From assembly GCF_056712565.1 (NCBI RefSeq), contig NZ_CM160072.1: a stretch of 64,000 bases of DNA. One strand, written 5' to 3'. The notes under the pieces were generated by a model that was given only the letters and a program-made list of their open reading frames with translations, was not told the origin of the DNA and searched no databases. Below are positions 10,914-21,724 of the stretch, piece after piece; the stretch's first letter is position 1; each line of letters starts with the position of its first letter. Made by a program: the position numbers and the translations under genes.

Positions 10914-11754
10914 ACGCTTCCGTAATCGGCTGACGCTGCTCGCCATCGCGCACGGCGGCGTACAGTCGGCTCCACAAGCCTTCGCCCAGGGTTTTGGTGA
11001 CCACCAGACCCTGGCGTTCAAAACTCTCCACCACCCAATGCGGTAGTGCGGCAATACCCATCCGTGCGGCAACCATCTGAATCAACAATAAGGTGTTATC
11101 GACGCTTTTCAGTGACGGGCTGACGCCTGCTGGCTGAAGAAAATGCCGCCAGACATCCAGTCGGCTACGCTGCACCGGATAAATCAACAGCGTTTCGCTG
11201 GCGAGGTCTTCCGGCGTGATTCGCGTTTTCGCCGCCAGTGGATGGTCAGGTGCTAACACCAGACGCACTTCATAGTCGAACATCGGCGAATAATGCAGGC
11301 CACTGCGCGGCAGAATATCGGAGGTCATCACCAGATCCAGCTCACCCTGCTGCAACGCGGGCTGCGGGTCAAACGTCACGCCCGATTTAAAATCCATCTC
11401 CACCTGCGGCCAGTTCTTATGGAAATTTTCTAACGCGGGCGTCAGCCACTGAATACAGCTATGGCACTCAATGGCAATGCGCAGGCGCGTCTGCTGCGGT
11501 TCATTGCAGGCTTGCAGTGCCTGGCTGATTTGCGGCAGCACCTGATTCGCCAGTTGCAACAGGATTTCTCCCTGCGGTGTAAACCGAAGCGGCTGGCTTT
11601 TACGCACAAATAGCCGGAAGCCAAGGCGTTGTTCCAGATCGCTAAACTGGTGAGACAGGGCGGATTGCGTTTGATGCAACGTCGCCGCAGCGGCTGCGAG
11701 TGAGCCGCAGTTCCGCAACGCTTGTAGCGTTTTCAGGTGTTTTACTTCGATCAT
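10801..11754 (-). CDS. metR: LysR-type regulator MetR
   Basis: 317 aa with N-terminal HTH; divergent from metE. Confidence 0.95.
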   Translation of the reverse strand: MIEVKHLKTLQALRNCGSLAAAAATLHQTQSALSHQFSDLEQRLGFRLFVRKSQPLRFTPQGEILLQLANQVLPQISQALQACNEPQQTRLRIAIECHSCIQWLTPALENFHKNWPQVEMDFKSGVTFDPQPALQQGELDLVMTSDILPRSGLHYSPMFDYEVRLVLAPDHPLAAKTRITPEDLASETLLIYPVQRSRLDVWRHFLQPAGVSPSLKSVDNTLLLIQMVAARMGIAALPHWVVESFERQGLVVTKTLGEGLWSRLYAAVRDGEQRQPITEAFIRSARNHACDHLPFVKSAERPTYDAPTVRPGSPARL

Positions 11755-11871
11755 GAAAGTCCTTCACTTCGGCATGAATAATTTGCGCTTGAGGAATATA
11801 CAGTAACCGCCAATTATGGATGTGTAAACATCTGGACGGCTAAATACTAAAAATTCCATAAGGGGCATATA
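11755..11871. promoter_or_regulatory. metR-metE divergent control region (expected MetR and MetJ sites; not mapped here)
   Basis: 117-bp intergenic region between divergent metR and metE; assignment by synteny with K-12, individual boxes not resolved by eye. Confidence 0.5.
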
Positions 11872-14133
11872 ATGACAATTCTTAATCACACCCTCGGTTT
11901 CCCTCGCGTTGGCCTGCGTCGCGAGCTGAAAAAAGCGCAAGAGAGTTATTGGGCGGGGAACTCCACGCGTGAAGAACTGCTGGCGGTAGGGCGTGAATTG
12001 CGTGCTCGTCACTGGGATCAACAAAAGCAAGCGGGTATCGACCTGCTGCCGGTGGGCGATTTTGCCTGGTACGATCATGTACTGACCACCAGTCTGCTGC
12101 TGGGTAATGTTCCGCAACGTCATCAGAACAACGATGGTTCGGTAGATATCGACACCCTGTTCCGTATTGGTCGTGGACGTGCACCGACTGGCGAACCTGC
12201 GGCGGCAGCGGAAATGACCAAATGGTTTAACACCAACTATCACTACATGGTGCCGGAGTTCGTTAAAGGCCAACAGTTCAAACTGACCTGGACGCAGCTG
12301 CTGGAGGAAGTGGACGAGGCGCTGGCGCTGGGCCACAAGGTGAAACCTGTGCTGCTGGGGCCGATTACCTACCTGTGGCTGGGTAAAGTGAAAGGTGAAC
12401 AGTTTGATCGCCTGAGCCTGCTGAACGACATTCTGCCGGTTTATCAGCAAGTGCTGGCAGAACTGGCGAAACGCGGCATCGAGTGGGTACAGATTGATGA
12501 ACCCGCGTTGGTACTGGAACTGCCGCAGGCGTGGCTGAACGCATACAAACCCGCTTACGACGCGCTCCAGGGACAGGTGAAACTGCTGCTGACCACCTAT
12601 TTTGAAGGCGTAACGCCAAATCTCGACACGATTACTGCGCTGCCTGTTCAGGGTCTGCATGTCGATCTTGTACATGGTAAAGATGACGTTGCTGAACTGC
12701 ACAAGCGTCTGCCTTCTGACTGGCTGCTGTCTGCGGGTCTTATCAATGGTCGTAACGTCTGGCGCGCCGATCTTACCGAGAAATATGCGCAAATTAAGGA
12801 CATTGTCGGCAAACGCGATTTGTGGGTGGCATCTTCCTGCTCGTTGCTGCACAGCCCCATCGACCTGAGCGTGGAAACGCGTCTTGATGCAGAAGTGAAA
12901 AGCTGGTTTGCCTTCGCCCTGCAAAAATGTCATGAACTGGCATTGCTGCGCGATGCGCTAAACAGTGGTGATACGGCAGCTCTGGCAGAGTGGAGCGCTC
13001 CGATTCAGGCGCGTCGTCACTCTACTCGTGTACATAATCCGGCAGTAGAAAAGCGTCTGGCGGCGATCACCGCCCAGGACAGTCAGCGTGCGAATGTCTA
13101 TGAAGTGCGTGCTGAAGCCCAGCGTGCGCGTTTTAAACTGCCCGCATGGCCGACCACCACGATTGGTTCCTTCCCGCAAACCACGGAGATTCGTACCCTG
13201 CGTCTGGATTTTAAAAAGGGTAATCTCGACGCCAATAACTACCGCACGGGCATTGCGGAACATATCAAGCAGGCCATTGTTGAGCAGGAACGTTTGGGAC
13301 TGGATGTGCTGGTACATGGCGAGGCCGAGCGTAATGACATGGTGGAATACTTTGGCGAGCACCTCGACGGGTTTGTCTTTACGCAAAACGGTTGGGTACA
13401 GAGCTACGGTTCCCGCTGCGTGAAGCCACCGATTGTTATTGGTGACGTTAGTCGTCCGGCGCCGATTACCGTGGAGTGGGCAAAATATGCGCAATCCCTG
13501 ACTGATAAACCGGTGAAAGGGATGTTGACCGGCCCGGTGACTATTCTCTGCTGGTCGTTCCCGCGTGAAGATGTCAGCCGTGAAACCATCGCCAAACAAA
13601 TTGCGCTGGCGCTGCGTGATGAAGTCGCGGACCTGGAAGCCGCTGGAATTGGCATCATTCAGATTGACGAACCGGCATTGCGCGAAGGTTTACCACTGCG
13701 TCGCAGCGACTGGGATGCCTATCTCCAGTGGGGCGTGGAGGCTTTCCGTATCAACGCCGCCGTGGCGAAAGATGACACACAAATCCACACTCACATGTGT
13801 TACTGCGAGTTCAACGACATCATGGATTCGATTGCGGCGCTGGACGCAGACGTCATCACCATCGAAACCTCGCGTTCCGACATGGAGTTGCTGGAGTCGT
13901 TTGAAGAGTTTGATTATCCAAATGAAATCGGTCCTGGCGTCTATGACATTCACTCGCCAAACGTACCGAGCGTGGAATGGATTGAAGCCTTGCTGAAGAA
14001 AGCGGCAAAACGCATTCCGGCAGAGCGTCTGTGGGTCAACCCGGACTGTGGCCTGAAAACGCGCGGCTGGCCAGAAACCCGCGCGGCACTGGCGAACATG
14101 GTGCAGGCGGCGCAGAATTTGCGTCGGGGATGA
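11872..14133 (+). CDS. metE: Cobalamin-independent methionine synthase
   Basis: 753 aa; [22 protein letters not shown]... matches MetE. Confidence 0.97.
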   Translation: MTILNHTLGFPRVGLRRELKKAQESYWAGNSTREELLAVGRELRARHWDQQKQAGIDLLPVGDFAWYDHVLTTSLLLGNVPQRHQNNDGSVDIDTLFRIGRGRAPTGEPAAAAEMTKWFNTNYHYMVPEFVKGQQFKLTWTQLLEEVDEALALGHKVKPVLLGPITYLWLGKVKGEQFDRLSLLNDILPVYQQVLAELAKRGIEWVQIDEPALVLELPQAWLNAYKPAYDALQGQVKLLLTTYFEGVTPNLDTITALPVQGLHVDLVHGKDDVAELHKRLPSDWLLSAGLINGRNVWRADLTEKYAQIKDIVGKRDLWVASSCSLLHSPIDLSVETRLDAEVKSWFAFALQKCHELALLRDALNSGDTAALAEWSAPIQARRHSTRVHNPAVEKRLAAITAQDSQRANVYEVRAEAQRARFKLPAWPTTTIGSFPQTTEIRTLRLDFKKGNLDANNYRTGIAEHIKQAIVEQERLGLDVLVHGEAERNDMVEYFGEHLDGFVFTQNGWVQSYGSRCVKPPIVIGDVSRPAPITVEWAKYAQSLTDKPVKGMLTGPVTILCWSFPREDVSRETIAKQIALALRDEVADLEAAGIGIIQIDEPALREGLPLRRSDWDAYLQWGVEAFRINAAVAKDDTQIHTHMCYCEFNDIMDSIAALDADVITIETSRSDMELLESFEEFDYPNEIGPGVYDIHSPNVPSVEWIEALLKKAAKRIPAERLWVNPDCGLKTRGWPETRAALANMVQAAQNLRRG

Positions 14134-14170
14134 TGAGTATTAACGAGTCATTGTAAATTGCAGTACGATA

Positions 14171-14197
14171 ATGGCTTCCAGTACTGGAAGCCATTTT
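14171..14197. terminator. Perfect 24-bp palindrome (atggcttccagtactggaagccat) plus T-run; likely metE terminator
   Basis: Inverted repeat read directly in the sequence, 38 bp after the metE stop. Confidence 0.55.
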
Positions 14198-14301
14198 GCA
14201 TGAGTGCCAGATTGAAGCAGATCTTCAGGAGTAGAAATAACCGAATCGTTTTTTTCGCAAAACACAGTTTTGAGTGATTCCGTTCAGTAATCAACGCTAC
14301 G

Positions 14302-14562
14302 TTATTTATTCTCACGTTGCACGAGATTGTATCCCTTTTCACTAACGTGGTAGTGAGGCATAGACTTATGCCCGCTATCCTCAATAATAACCAAACCTTC
14401 GTTAGCTAATTTGTTAACAATATTAACAACATTACCGAATCCTGGTATTTGCCTTATGGATAGTGTGCGATCGAGATTCATCCAGTTCCAGTTTATATCT
14501 TTCTCAGTCATAACGTTCAGCACGTTAAGTTCATTTTTAGTGATCACGATATTCTGTACCAA
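14302..14562 (-). CDS. Putative immunity protein, copy 2 (86 aa)
   Basis: Paralogue of the adjacent 85-aa ORF (shared blocks NVL.VM.EKDI.W.WM.LDRTL.IR.IP.FGNV.NIV.KL...GLV); sits downstream of the toxin domain in AT-rich DNA. Confidence 0.6.
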   Translation of the reverse strand: MVQNIVITKNELNVLNVMTEKDINWNWMNLDRTLSIRQIPGFGNVVNIVNKLANEGLVIIEDSGHKSMPHYHVSEKGYNLVQRENK

Positions 14563-14621
14563 AATTGATGAGTATCTTATTGAAAGATCACAATGTAAAT
14601 CATGCTCCTGTAATGGCTGGA

Positions 14622-14879
14622 TCAGAAGAGGTTGTCTTGTTGTTCTTTGATAAGATTCAATCCATATTGAGAAACTCTGTAGCGTGGTTTAGAGTTGCCC
14701 TCACCATTTACGATATCAACCAACCCATGATTAACCAGCTTTGTTACGATATTCGCTACGTTGCCAAATTCTGGAATATTTCGTATAGCTAAAGTACGAT
14801 CCAGCACCATCCAGCTCCAGTCAATATCTTTCTCAGCCATAACTTTCAGCACGTTAAATTCAACTATCGTAATCGTCAT
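14622..14879 (-). CDS. Putative cognate immunity protein, copy 1 (85 aa)
   Basis: Start overlaps the stop of the upstream toxin-domain ORF by 4 bp (ATGA), the classic toxin-immunity arrangement. Confidence 0.65.
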   Translation of the reverse strand: MTITIVEFNVLKVMAEKDIDWSWMVLDRTLAIRNIPEFGNVANIVTKLVNHGLVDIVNGEGNSKPRYRVSQYGLNLIKEQQDNLF

Positions 14880-16009
14880 TTTTTTGCATCCGGATGAAAT
14901 AAGTCAGTATCTTTAATTTTAAAGTCTTCTAGAGTTGCAGTATGTGCATTATTCCATAATTCATATCCATCTAAACCATTCGGTTCACCTGTTTCCCATC
15001 CTAAATTACAATAACGCTGATACTCGCGGCATTCATGAGTATAGTAGTTCAGATCGTATTTTTCAGGAAGCAATTCTTTATTTGCTATTTTTTTTAGCCT
15101 TGAAATCATTACATCATTAGCTGGATCATGATCAAATCTGGAGATATGCTTTTCAACAATAGCGATACCTTCCCTATTGATTGTTACGCCATCTATCGTC
15201 AGGTTTTCTATTGGACCACCGGCAAGGTCGGGATTAAATGGTCTTCCTGATACTGCTCCTCTGGCTCCGAAATGCTCAAATGATTCCAAATCAGGGAATC
15301 TCATTCTTCCCAGAACAACTCCAGCAACTATTGAAGCACCAGCGATGAGTAACCCTTTGTTATCCATAACTTGATCGTAACCAGCAGGTGCATCTCCTCC
15401 CAACTTGTTTGCTGTTTCCCTGAATCCTTCGATATTCCCATTGTATATGCCGCCAGCAGCAAGCAGTCTGCCAACCGCTTTACTATTGAGTGTTTTGAGG
15501 CCATTATTATCTTTAGTTTTTTGCCGTGGTATAAACAGACGGTTGTAGTTATCGGGAAATGCCAAATGACTAAATTCAGTATTAGCAATCAGATGCCTGG
15601 AGAGTATATATTCATAACTGACAGTGATGGTTTCTGTATCCAGATTGTTCTCAGTAAACAGGTGATTGATTGCTGATAAGAGCGCGCCGCGGAGTTGAAT
15701 GTTGTAATATTTCTCCTATCGACCAAATCTATTGATCCGATAGAAGTCAAACTCCATGAACAACTGCTCGTTATTGTTAATAGCGTTAATAAGTAACGGG
15801 GAGCTTTTGTCAATCAACTTACAGAAACTAAGGCCATGTAATTGTGACCCTTTGCCTGTATTCGTAATACTATTAGATAGCGAGAACGCGAAGATTTCAT
15901 CTTCATGGCCAATCTGCCAGCGATTACCTATTGATGCGCTCGTTCCGCAACGAGAGGAAATACATCCTTGTTGTTCTCCGGTTATGGTCAGGTAAATTTC
16001 ATCACTCAT
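14876..16009 (-). pseudogene. Hcp-toxin fusion (Hcp-ET-like T6SS tube protein with C-terminal extension) interrupted by an in-frame TAG
   Basis: N-terminal 97 aa (MSDEIYLTITGEQQG...GHEDEIF...KLIDKSSPLL...FYRIN) are Hcp-like; an in-frame TAG at 15716-15718 is followed without further stops by an approx. 280-aa extension (frame checked codon by codon). The 229-aa C-terminal ORF 14876-15565 is the toxin-domain portion. Confidence 0.7.
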
Positions 16010-16493
16010 CTTTGATGAACTCTCTTTATTGCTTGATGTTTTAAAAATAAACAATATTGCTATTTGTTTATAATTATTTACTCCTCAAGTTAATGGATTT
16101 AAATATGGGAAATAAAATGTTTCACTTTAGACCAGTTTTCATGAGGAAAATCTGTAATCATTAATAATAAACATGAATATTTTGCAGTGATTAATATTTG
16201 TTATGAATATAATCTATAACAATGAAGAGTTATCAGTTGTTCGGTGTATAGCCAGAGACGAGTTCAGTTTGTGATTTTTACAGGGCAGTTACAGCCGCAA
16301 AATTTTATGGCTGATTTCACCTTCCCCTCAAGCTTATCTTTCTTAAAAAGAGAAATAATTCTTAAATTCAAATAGTTATATACAATCTACTCTCTTTCTT
16401 GTGACTAGCTTCACATTTCATACTGATGCATTGGAATGAAATAAAATTTCATGAGATTTTGTGTTTGAGAAAAATTATTTCATTAGGTGTGAA

Positions 16494-17051
16494 ATGGACG
16501 CAAAGCTGTACATCACTGAGATCATCAATGAATTAACCTTCGTTAAGGACTCTATCCGTGAGGATGACTGCACCAAATTGATCGACGCTATTCAGCAAAG
16601 CCAGCGCGTTTTCTGCTATGGCCTGGGGCGTGCCGGCTTTTCCATGAAAGCCTTCACCATGCGCCTGATGCATATGGGCAAAGAGGTTTACTTCCTGACG
16701 GAAACCATTACGCCGAACTTTGGGCCTGGCGATCTGTTTATCGTTTCTTCCGCTTCCGGTGAGACAGCACAACTGGTGGCACTGGCGAAAAAAGCACGTC
16801 AGTTTGGCGGCGCTGTGGCGGTGTTAACCACGAATCGACACGCCACTATCACCGAGTTTGTCGACGTCATCGTGCAAATCAATGCCCCTTCCAAAAATCA
16901 AAAAGATTCTGTTTTCCGCTCGGCACAGCCGATGGCGTCGTTGTATGAGCAAGCTTTGCTGGTGATTGCCGATGCATTAGTGATGAAGATGGCTGCTGAA
17001 AGCGGTGCGCCGGAAAGTGAACTGTTTAAGCGCCACGCCAATCTGGAATAG
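16494..17051 (+). CDS. SIS-domain sugar-phosphate isomerase (6-phospho-3-hexuloisomerase-like)
   Basis: About 185 aa from MDAKLYITEI; SIS signatures GLGRAG and SSASGET; first gene of the PTS operon. ORF track starts 11 codons upstream. Confidence 0.7.
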   Translation: MDAKLYITEIINELTFVKDSIREDDCTKLIDAIQQSQRVFCYGLGRAGFSMKAFTMRLMHMGKEVYFLTETITPNFGPGDLFIVSSASGETAQLVALAKKARQFGGAVAVLTTNRHATITEFVDVIVQINAPSKNQKDSVFRSAQPMASLYEQALLVIADALVMKMAAESGAPESELFKRHANLE

Positions 17052-17092
17052 TCGTCGCCGTTATTTGCTCGATACCCTACAGGAGAATAAAA

Positions 17093-18601
17093 ATGAGCAA
17101 AAAAATAACATCCTTGTTTAACTTCAAGAAGTTGCAGAAATTTTCTTCTGCTCTGATGTTACCAATCGCCATTCTTCCGGCGGCGGGTTTGATTTTAGCC
17201 ATCGGGATTTCATTTAACATTGAGCTGCTGGCGAATTGCGGCGGCCTGATTTTCGCCAACCTTCCTTTGCTGTTTTGTGTCGGTATTGTGATTGGCCTGA
17301 CAGGTGATGGTTCTTCATCACTTTCAGCGATTATCAGCTACATGATCATGAATGCCACGATGGGAACGCAACTTGGCATTACCGCGGAGTCCGTTGCAGC
17401 CAGTAACGGTGACTATGCGATGATCCTCGGGGTACCGACGTTACAAACGGGAGTGTTTGGCGGTTTGATTGTCGCCATCTTTGTTTATCTGCTCTATACC
17501 CGCTTCCACAATATTGAATTGCCTCAGTTTCTTGGTTTCTTCGGTGGAAAACGCTTTGTACCGATTATTACGGCGGTGGCGGCAATTATTGTCGGCTATT
17601 TATTGCCGTGGCTGTGGATACCGGTACAAAAAGGTCTGGCGTCGCTTTCAACGCTGGTGACCAGTGGGCATAACGCGAACTTCGCGGCCTTTATTTACGC
17701 CGTTGGCGAACGTTCGCTGATTCCTTTTGGCCTGCATCATATCTGGAACGTGCCGTTTTATTACAACTTTGGCGACTACATGACCAAATCCGGGCAACTG
17801 GTGACGGGCGATATTCCGGTGTTCTTTGCCCAATTGCGCGACGGTGTTCCGTTGACGGCGGGGTTGTTTATGACAGGTCGTTTCCCAATCATGATGTTTG
17901 CGTTACCTGCCGCCGCGTTGGCGATGTATCAGGAAGCAAAACCGGAACGTAAGGCGCTGATTAAAGGCCTTTTACTCTCCGGTGCGCTGACCACATTTGT
18001 TACCGGGATTACGGAGCCGCTGGAATATGCATTTTTGTTTGCAGCTCCGGTTCTCTACATCATTCACATCTTCTTATATGCCACTTCATTTGTGCTGATG
18101 AACATCCTGAATGTGCACATTGGTCATCCTTTTGCTGGCGGTCTTATTGATTTCGTACTGAATGGCGTTATGCCAAACCGCACGCCGTGGTATCTGGTGT
18201 TCCTGGCAGGCGCGGGCTATGCAGCGATTTACTACACCGTATTTCGGGTACTGATCCGCAAGTTGAATCTGAAAACACCGGGACGTGAGGATGAAGAGAT
18301 TGCCGTTGCAACCACATTAACGCGCGAAGAACGTCCATACCAAATCATCGAGGCAGTAGGTGGTTTCGACAATATCGAAGATGTGGATGCCTGCGCAACA
18401 CGCCTGAGGCTGGCGCTGGTAGACGATAAGAAAGTGAATGAAAAACGGCTGAAGGAGTTGGGGGCTGCGGGTTTAGTGAAACTGGGTGATGGCGGTGTAC
18501 AGGTGATATTTGGCGGCAAATCGCAAATCCTGCGCGACGAAATCAAAACCGTAATGAGCAGACCGCGCCCGACAGAAATGACAGTGGCCTGTGCTAACTA
18601 A
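17093..18601 (+). CDS. PTS glucose-family EIICB component
   Basis: 502 aa; EIIC motif GITEPLEYAFLF and C-terminal EIIB domain with phosphorylatable Cys in ACATRLRL. Confidence 0.8.
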   Translation: MSKKITSLFNFKKLQKFSSALMLPIAILPAAGLILAIGISFNIELLANCGGLIFANLPLLFCVGIVIGLTGDGSSSLSAIISYMIMNATMGTQLGITAESVAASNGDYAMILGVPTLQTGVFGGLIVAIFVYLLYTRFHNIELPQFLGFFGGKRFVPIITAVAAIIVGYLLPWLWIPVQKGLASLSTLVTSGHNANFAAFIYAVGERSLIPFGLHHIWNVPFYYNFGDYMTKSGQLVTGDIPVFFAQLRDGVPLTAGLFMTGRFPIMMFALPAAALAMYQEAKPERKALIKGLLLSGALTTFVTGITEPLEYAFLFAAPVLYIIHIFLYATSFVLMNILNVHIGHPFAGGLIDFVLNGVMPNRTPWYLVFLAGAGYAAIYYTVFRVLIRKLNLKTPGREDEEIAVATTLTREERPYQIIEAVGGFDNIEDVDACATRLRLALVDDKKVNEKRLKELGAAGLVKLGDGGVQVIFGGKSQILRDEIKTVMSRPRPTEMTVACAN

Positions 18602-18651
18602 TTCGAGATTAGCGGGCTGGTTTCAGCCCGCCAGACAGAGAGAGCTGAAGT

Positions 18652-20649
18652 ATGAATTCACAATTACTGGCTAACGCCATCCGAATGTTAAGTGTTGATG
18701 CGATCCAGAAAGCGAACTCCGGTCATCCGGGCGCGCCGATGGGGATGGCGGATATTGCCGAAGTGGTCTGGCGTCGTCACCTGCGTCATAACCCAAAAAA
18801 TCCGCAGTGGTTTAACCGCGACCGCTATATTCAGTCGAACGGGCACGGTTCCATGTTGATTTACGCTTTGCTGCATCTTACAGGCTACGACCTGTCGATG
18901 GATGATATTCGCGACTTTCGTCAGCTCCACTCCCGCACGCCAGGTCATCCAGAATATGGTTATACGCCGGGTGTTGAAACCACCACCGGCCCGTTGGGGC
19001 AGGGCGTAGCTAATGCGGTGGGGATGGCGATTGCGGAGAAGGCGCTGGCGGCAGAATTTAACAAACCGGGCTTTAATATTGTTGATCATCACACATGGCT
19101 ATTTTTGGGTGATGGCTGCCTGATGGAAGGGATCTCCCACGAGGCCTGTGGTCTTGCAGGAACGCTGAAGCTCGGCAATCTGATTGCTATCTGGGACGAT
19201 AACGGTATTTCGATCGATGGTCACGTAGAAGGCTGGTTTGCTGAAGATACGGCTGCCCGTTTTCGTGCCTACGGCTGGCATGTCATTGAAGGCGTTGATG
19301 GTCACGATCCAGAAGAGGTAGATGCTGCGGTGCGTGAAGCGAAAAGCGTCACGGATAAGCCCAGTCTGCTGTGCTGCAAAACGATTATCGGTTTTGGTTC
19401 GCCAAATAAAGCCAACAGCCACGATTGCCACGGCTCGGCGCTGGGTGCAGATGAAGTGGCGCTGGTGCGTGAACGTCTGCAATGGCCGTATGCCCCTTTC
19501 GAAATTCCTGGTGAAATTTATGCCGCATGGGATGCGACCGAGAAAGGCGCGCAGGTTCAACAGGAATGGGATGCACTGTTTGCTGACTACGCGAAGCAGT
19601 GGCCGGAACTGGCGGCGGAGTTTACTCGTCGCATGAAGGGTGATTTGCCTGCTGGCTGGGCCGAGAATATGCAGAAATATGTGCACGATCTGCAATCCCA
19701 TCCGGCGGCGCTGGCAACCCGTCAGGTCAGCCAGAAATGCCTCAATCACTTCGCGGATATGCTGCCGGAACTGATGGGCGGCTCGGCGGACTTGTCGCCC
19801 TCTAACCTGACTCGCCATCAGAAATCGGTTGATTTCACCGGGGAAAATCCGGCGGGGAATTACATCTCCTATGGCGTGCGTGAATTTGGTATGTCGGCCA
19901 TCATGAACGGTCTTGCGCTGCATGGTGGGTTTATCCCTTACGGCGGTACTTTCCTGATGTTTATGGAATATGCGCGTAATGCACTGCGCATGGCGGCGCT
20001 GATGAAGATCCGCTCGGTGTTTGTTTATACCCACGATACCATCGGCCTGGGCGAAGACGGCCCGACACATCAGCCCGTTGAGCAACTGGCGTCGCTGCGT
20101 CTGACGCCGAATATGGAAACCTGGCGCGGTTGCGATCAGGTGGAAGTGGCGGTAGCCTGGCAACAGGCGATTGAGCGCAAAGATGGCCCAACGTCGTTGG
20201 TATTAACGCGCCAACCTCTGGCGCAACAGCCGCGCACCGCTGCACAGTTGGCAGAGATTGCGCGTGGTGGTTATGTACTGAGTGATTGTGACGGTCAGCC
20301 TGAGATGATCCTCATTTCTGCGGGTTCAGAGATTGAGTTAGTGGTCAGCGCCGCAAAAGCGTTAACGGAAGAAGGGCGTAAAGTTCGCGTGGTTTCCATG
20401 CCGTGTACCGAGCGTTTCGATAATCAGGATGCGGCGTACAAAGAGTCGGTATTGCCAAAAGCTGTACGCAAACGTCTGGCGGTAGAAGCCAGCATCGCCG
20501 GATTCTGGGAACGCTACGTCGGCCTGGACGGTAAAGTGATCGGCATGACGAGCTTTGGTGAGTCTGCTCCGGCGAATGTGTTGTTCAAACACTTTGGTTT
20601 TACGCCGGAAAATGTCCTGGCGCAGGCGCGTGAGCTACTGAACAGCTAA
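18652..20649 (+). CDS. Transketolase (additional paralogue, TktA/TktB-like)
   Basis: 665 aa; N-terminus ...[18 protein letters not shown] and ThDP-binding GDGCLMEG motif; clearly homologous to TktA but in an accessory context. Confidence 0.85.
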   Translation: MNSQLLANAIRMLSVDAIQKANSGHPGAPMGMADIAEVVWRRHLRHNPKNPQWFNRDRYIQSNGHGSMLIYALLHLTGYDLSMDDIRDFRQLHSRTPGHPEYGYTPGVETTTGPLGQGVANAVGMAIAEKALAAEFNKPGFNIVDHHTWLFLGDGCLMEGISHEACGLAGTLKLGNLIAIWDDNGISIDGHVEGWFAEDTAARFRAYGWHVIEGVDGHDPEEVDAAVREAKSVTDKPSLLCCKTIIGFGSPNKANSHDCHGSALGADEVALVRERLQWPYAPFEIPGEIYAAWDATEKGAQVQQEWDALFADYAKQWPELAAEFTRRMKGDLPAGWAENMQKYVHDLQSHPAALATRQVSQKCLNHFADMLPELMGGSADLSPSNLTRHQKSVDFTGENPAGNYISYGVREFGMSAIMNGLALHGGFIPYGGTFLMFMEYARNALRMAALMKIRSVFVYTHDTIGLGEDGPTHQPVEQLASLRLTPNMETWRGCDQVEVAVAWQQAIERKDGPTSLVLTRQPLAQQPRTAAQLAEIARGGYVLSDCDGQPEMILISAGSEIELVVSAAKALTEEGRKVRVVSMPCTERFDNQDAAYKESVLPKAVRKRLAVEASIAGFWERYVGLDGKVIGMTSFGESAPANVLFKHFGFTPENVLAQARELLNS

Positions 20650-20678
20650 ACCTGCACAAGGGGTGAAAGGATGACCTT

Positions 20679-21524
20679 TTACCCCTTGAAACGGGAGCCA
20701 AGAAACTCTTCACGGGTGCGGTATTTCTCGTAATGCGCCTTGTTTTTATACATAAACAACAGCACCAGCATATCAATAACGCCCATTGCCGGAACGCGAG
20801 TGGAGTCGAAGGCTTCAAAGAAGATTTTATCGCTGACCGCGGTATTGAGTTGATGGGTGGAGAGTTTTGATAACGGAGATTTAATATAGTTAGTGATACA
20901 AACGGATTTGGCACCGCGCTCTTTCACCACTTTAAAGATATCGACCATTAAGTTGGTGCTGCCAGAGTTAGAAATACCAATCGCCAGGTCACGTTTCCCC
21001 ATAGAATATGCCGCATTAATTTGCATTTCCGGGCTGACGTGAACAACGGTTTTTAATCCGAGTTGGCTGAATTTATAAGCACCATAAACGGCCAGAGGGT
21101 TTGAATTTCCGGCAGCAAAAAAGAAAATAGTGTCGCAATTAGCAAGTAGTTTGAGAATGGACTCAAGCACTTCGGCATTAAAAAATTGCGTTGATTGTAT
21201 TAAATCTTCGGCCTGTTTTTTTAATAAAAATGTGGCCAGCGACGTTATATCGGTAAAATCGGTATTATCAGGATAGCTATTGTCAGGATTAATGACTTCT
21301 TTTGCTAATGCAATTTTTAAATGGTAATAACCCTGATAACCTAATTTCTTACAGGTGCGTACGATAGTCGCTTCACTGGCATGGCTTTTTTCTGATAGTT
21401 CAGTGACACTATAGTTCACGACTTCATGTGCGTGGCTAAGAATATAGTCAGCGACCTTTTTTTCCGCCTGATGCAGTGTAGGGTAATTGCTTTGAATCAG
21501 ACTTTTTACGGTTATGTTATTCAT
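20679..21524 (-). CDS. RpiR/MurR-family regulator (HTH + SIS)
   Basis: 281 aa; N-terminal HTH (LSEKSHASEATIVRTCKKLGYQGY) and C-terminal SIS domain; convergent with the PTS-transketolase operon. Confidence 0.8.
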   Translation of the reverse strand: MNNITVKSLIQSNYPTLHQAEKKVADYILSHAHEVVNYSVTELSEKSHASEATIVRTCKKLGYQGYYHLKIALAKEVINPDNSYPDNTDFTDITSLATFLLKKQAEDLIQSTQFFNAEVLESILKLLANCDTIFFFAAGNSNPLAVYGAYKFSQLGLKTVVHVSPEMQINAAYSMGKRDLAIGISNSGSTNLMVDIFKVVKERGAKSVCITNYIKSPLSKLSTHQLNTAVSDKIFFEAFDSTRVPAMGVIDMLVLLFMYKNKAHYEKYRTREEFLGSRFKG

Positions 21525-21724
21525 AATTAGTAAATTTCATTCTGACAGAAAGTGCTGATTATAACATAGTTTTCAGGCGTGGATAGGTGTGAAAAAAATG
21601 AAGGTGTGCAGTGAACGTAATGATTAACAGACCGGTTAATTTTCATGAATTACGTCAACTGCACAAAAATAATTTAAACGGGTGCTCTAATTAAAGCAAA
21701 ACTTATATTTTTATCATTGTATTG

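Noticed and set aside
11764-12933. 389-aa ORF antisense to metE
   Set aside because: Lies entirely within the well-supported metE gene on the opposite strand; its translation is low-complexity and Arg/Gln-rich, typical of an antisense artefact in GC-rich coding DNA.
15328-15813. 86-aa and 74-aa minus-strand ORFs overlapping the Hcp-toxin gene
   Set aside because: They are alternative-frame ORFs inside the Hcp-toxin reading frame; the in-frame continuation across the TAG explains the region better.
19099-20163. 354-aa ORF antisense to the island transketolase
   Set aside because: Fully embedded in the transketolase gene on the opposite strand; Arg-rich composition with no recognisable domain.
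18652-20649. Possibility that the island transketolase is simply the core tktA
   Set aside because: By K-12 synteny tktA and tktB lie elsewhere on the chromosome, and the N-terminus here ([27 protein letters not shown]) differs from my recollection of TktA; treated as a distinct paralogue, to be confirmed by alignment.
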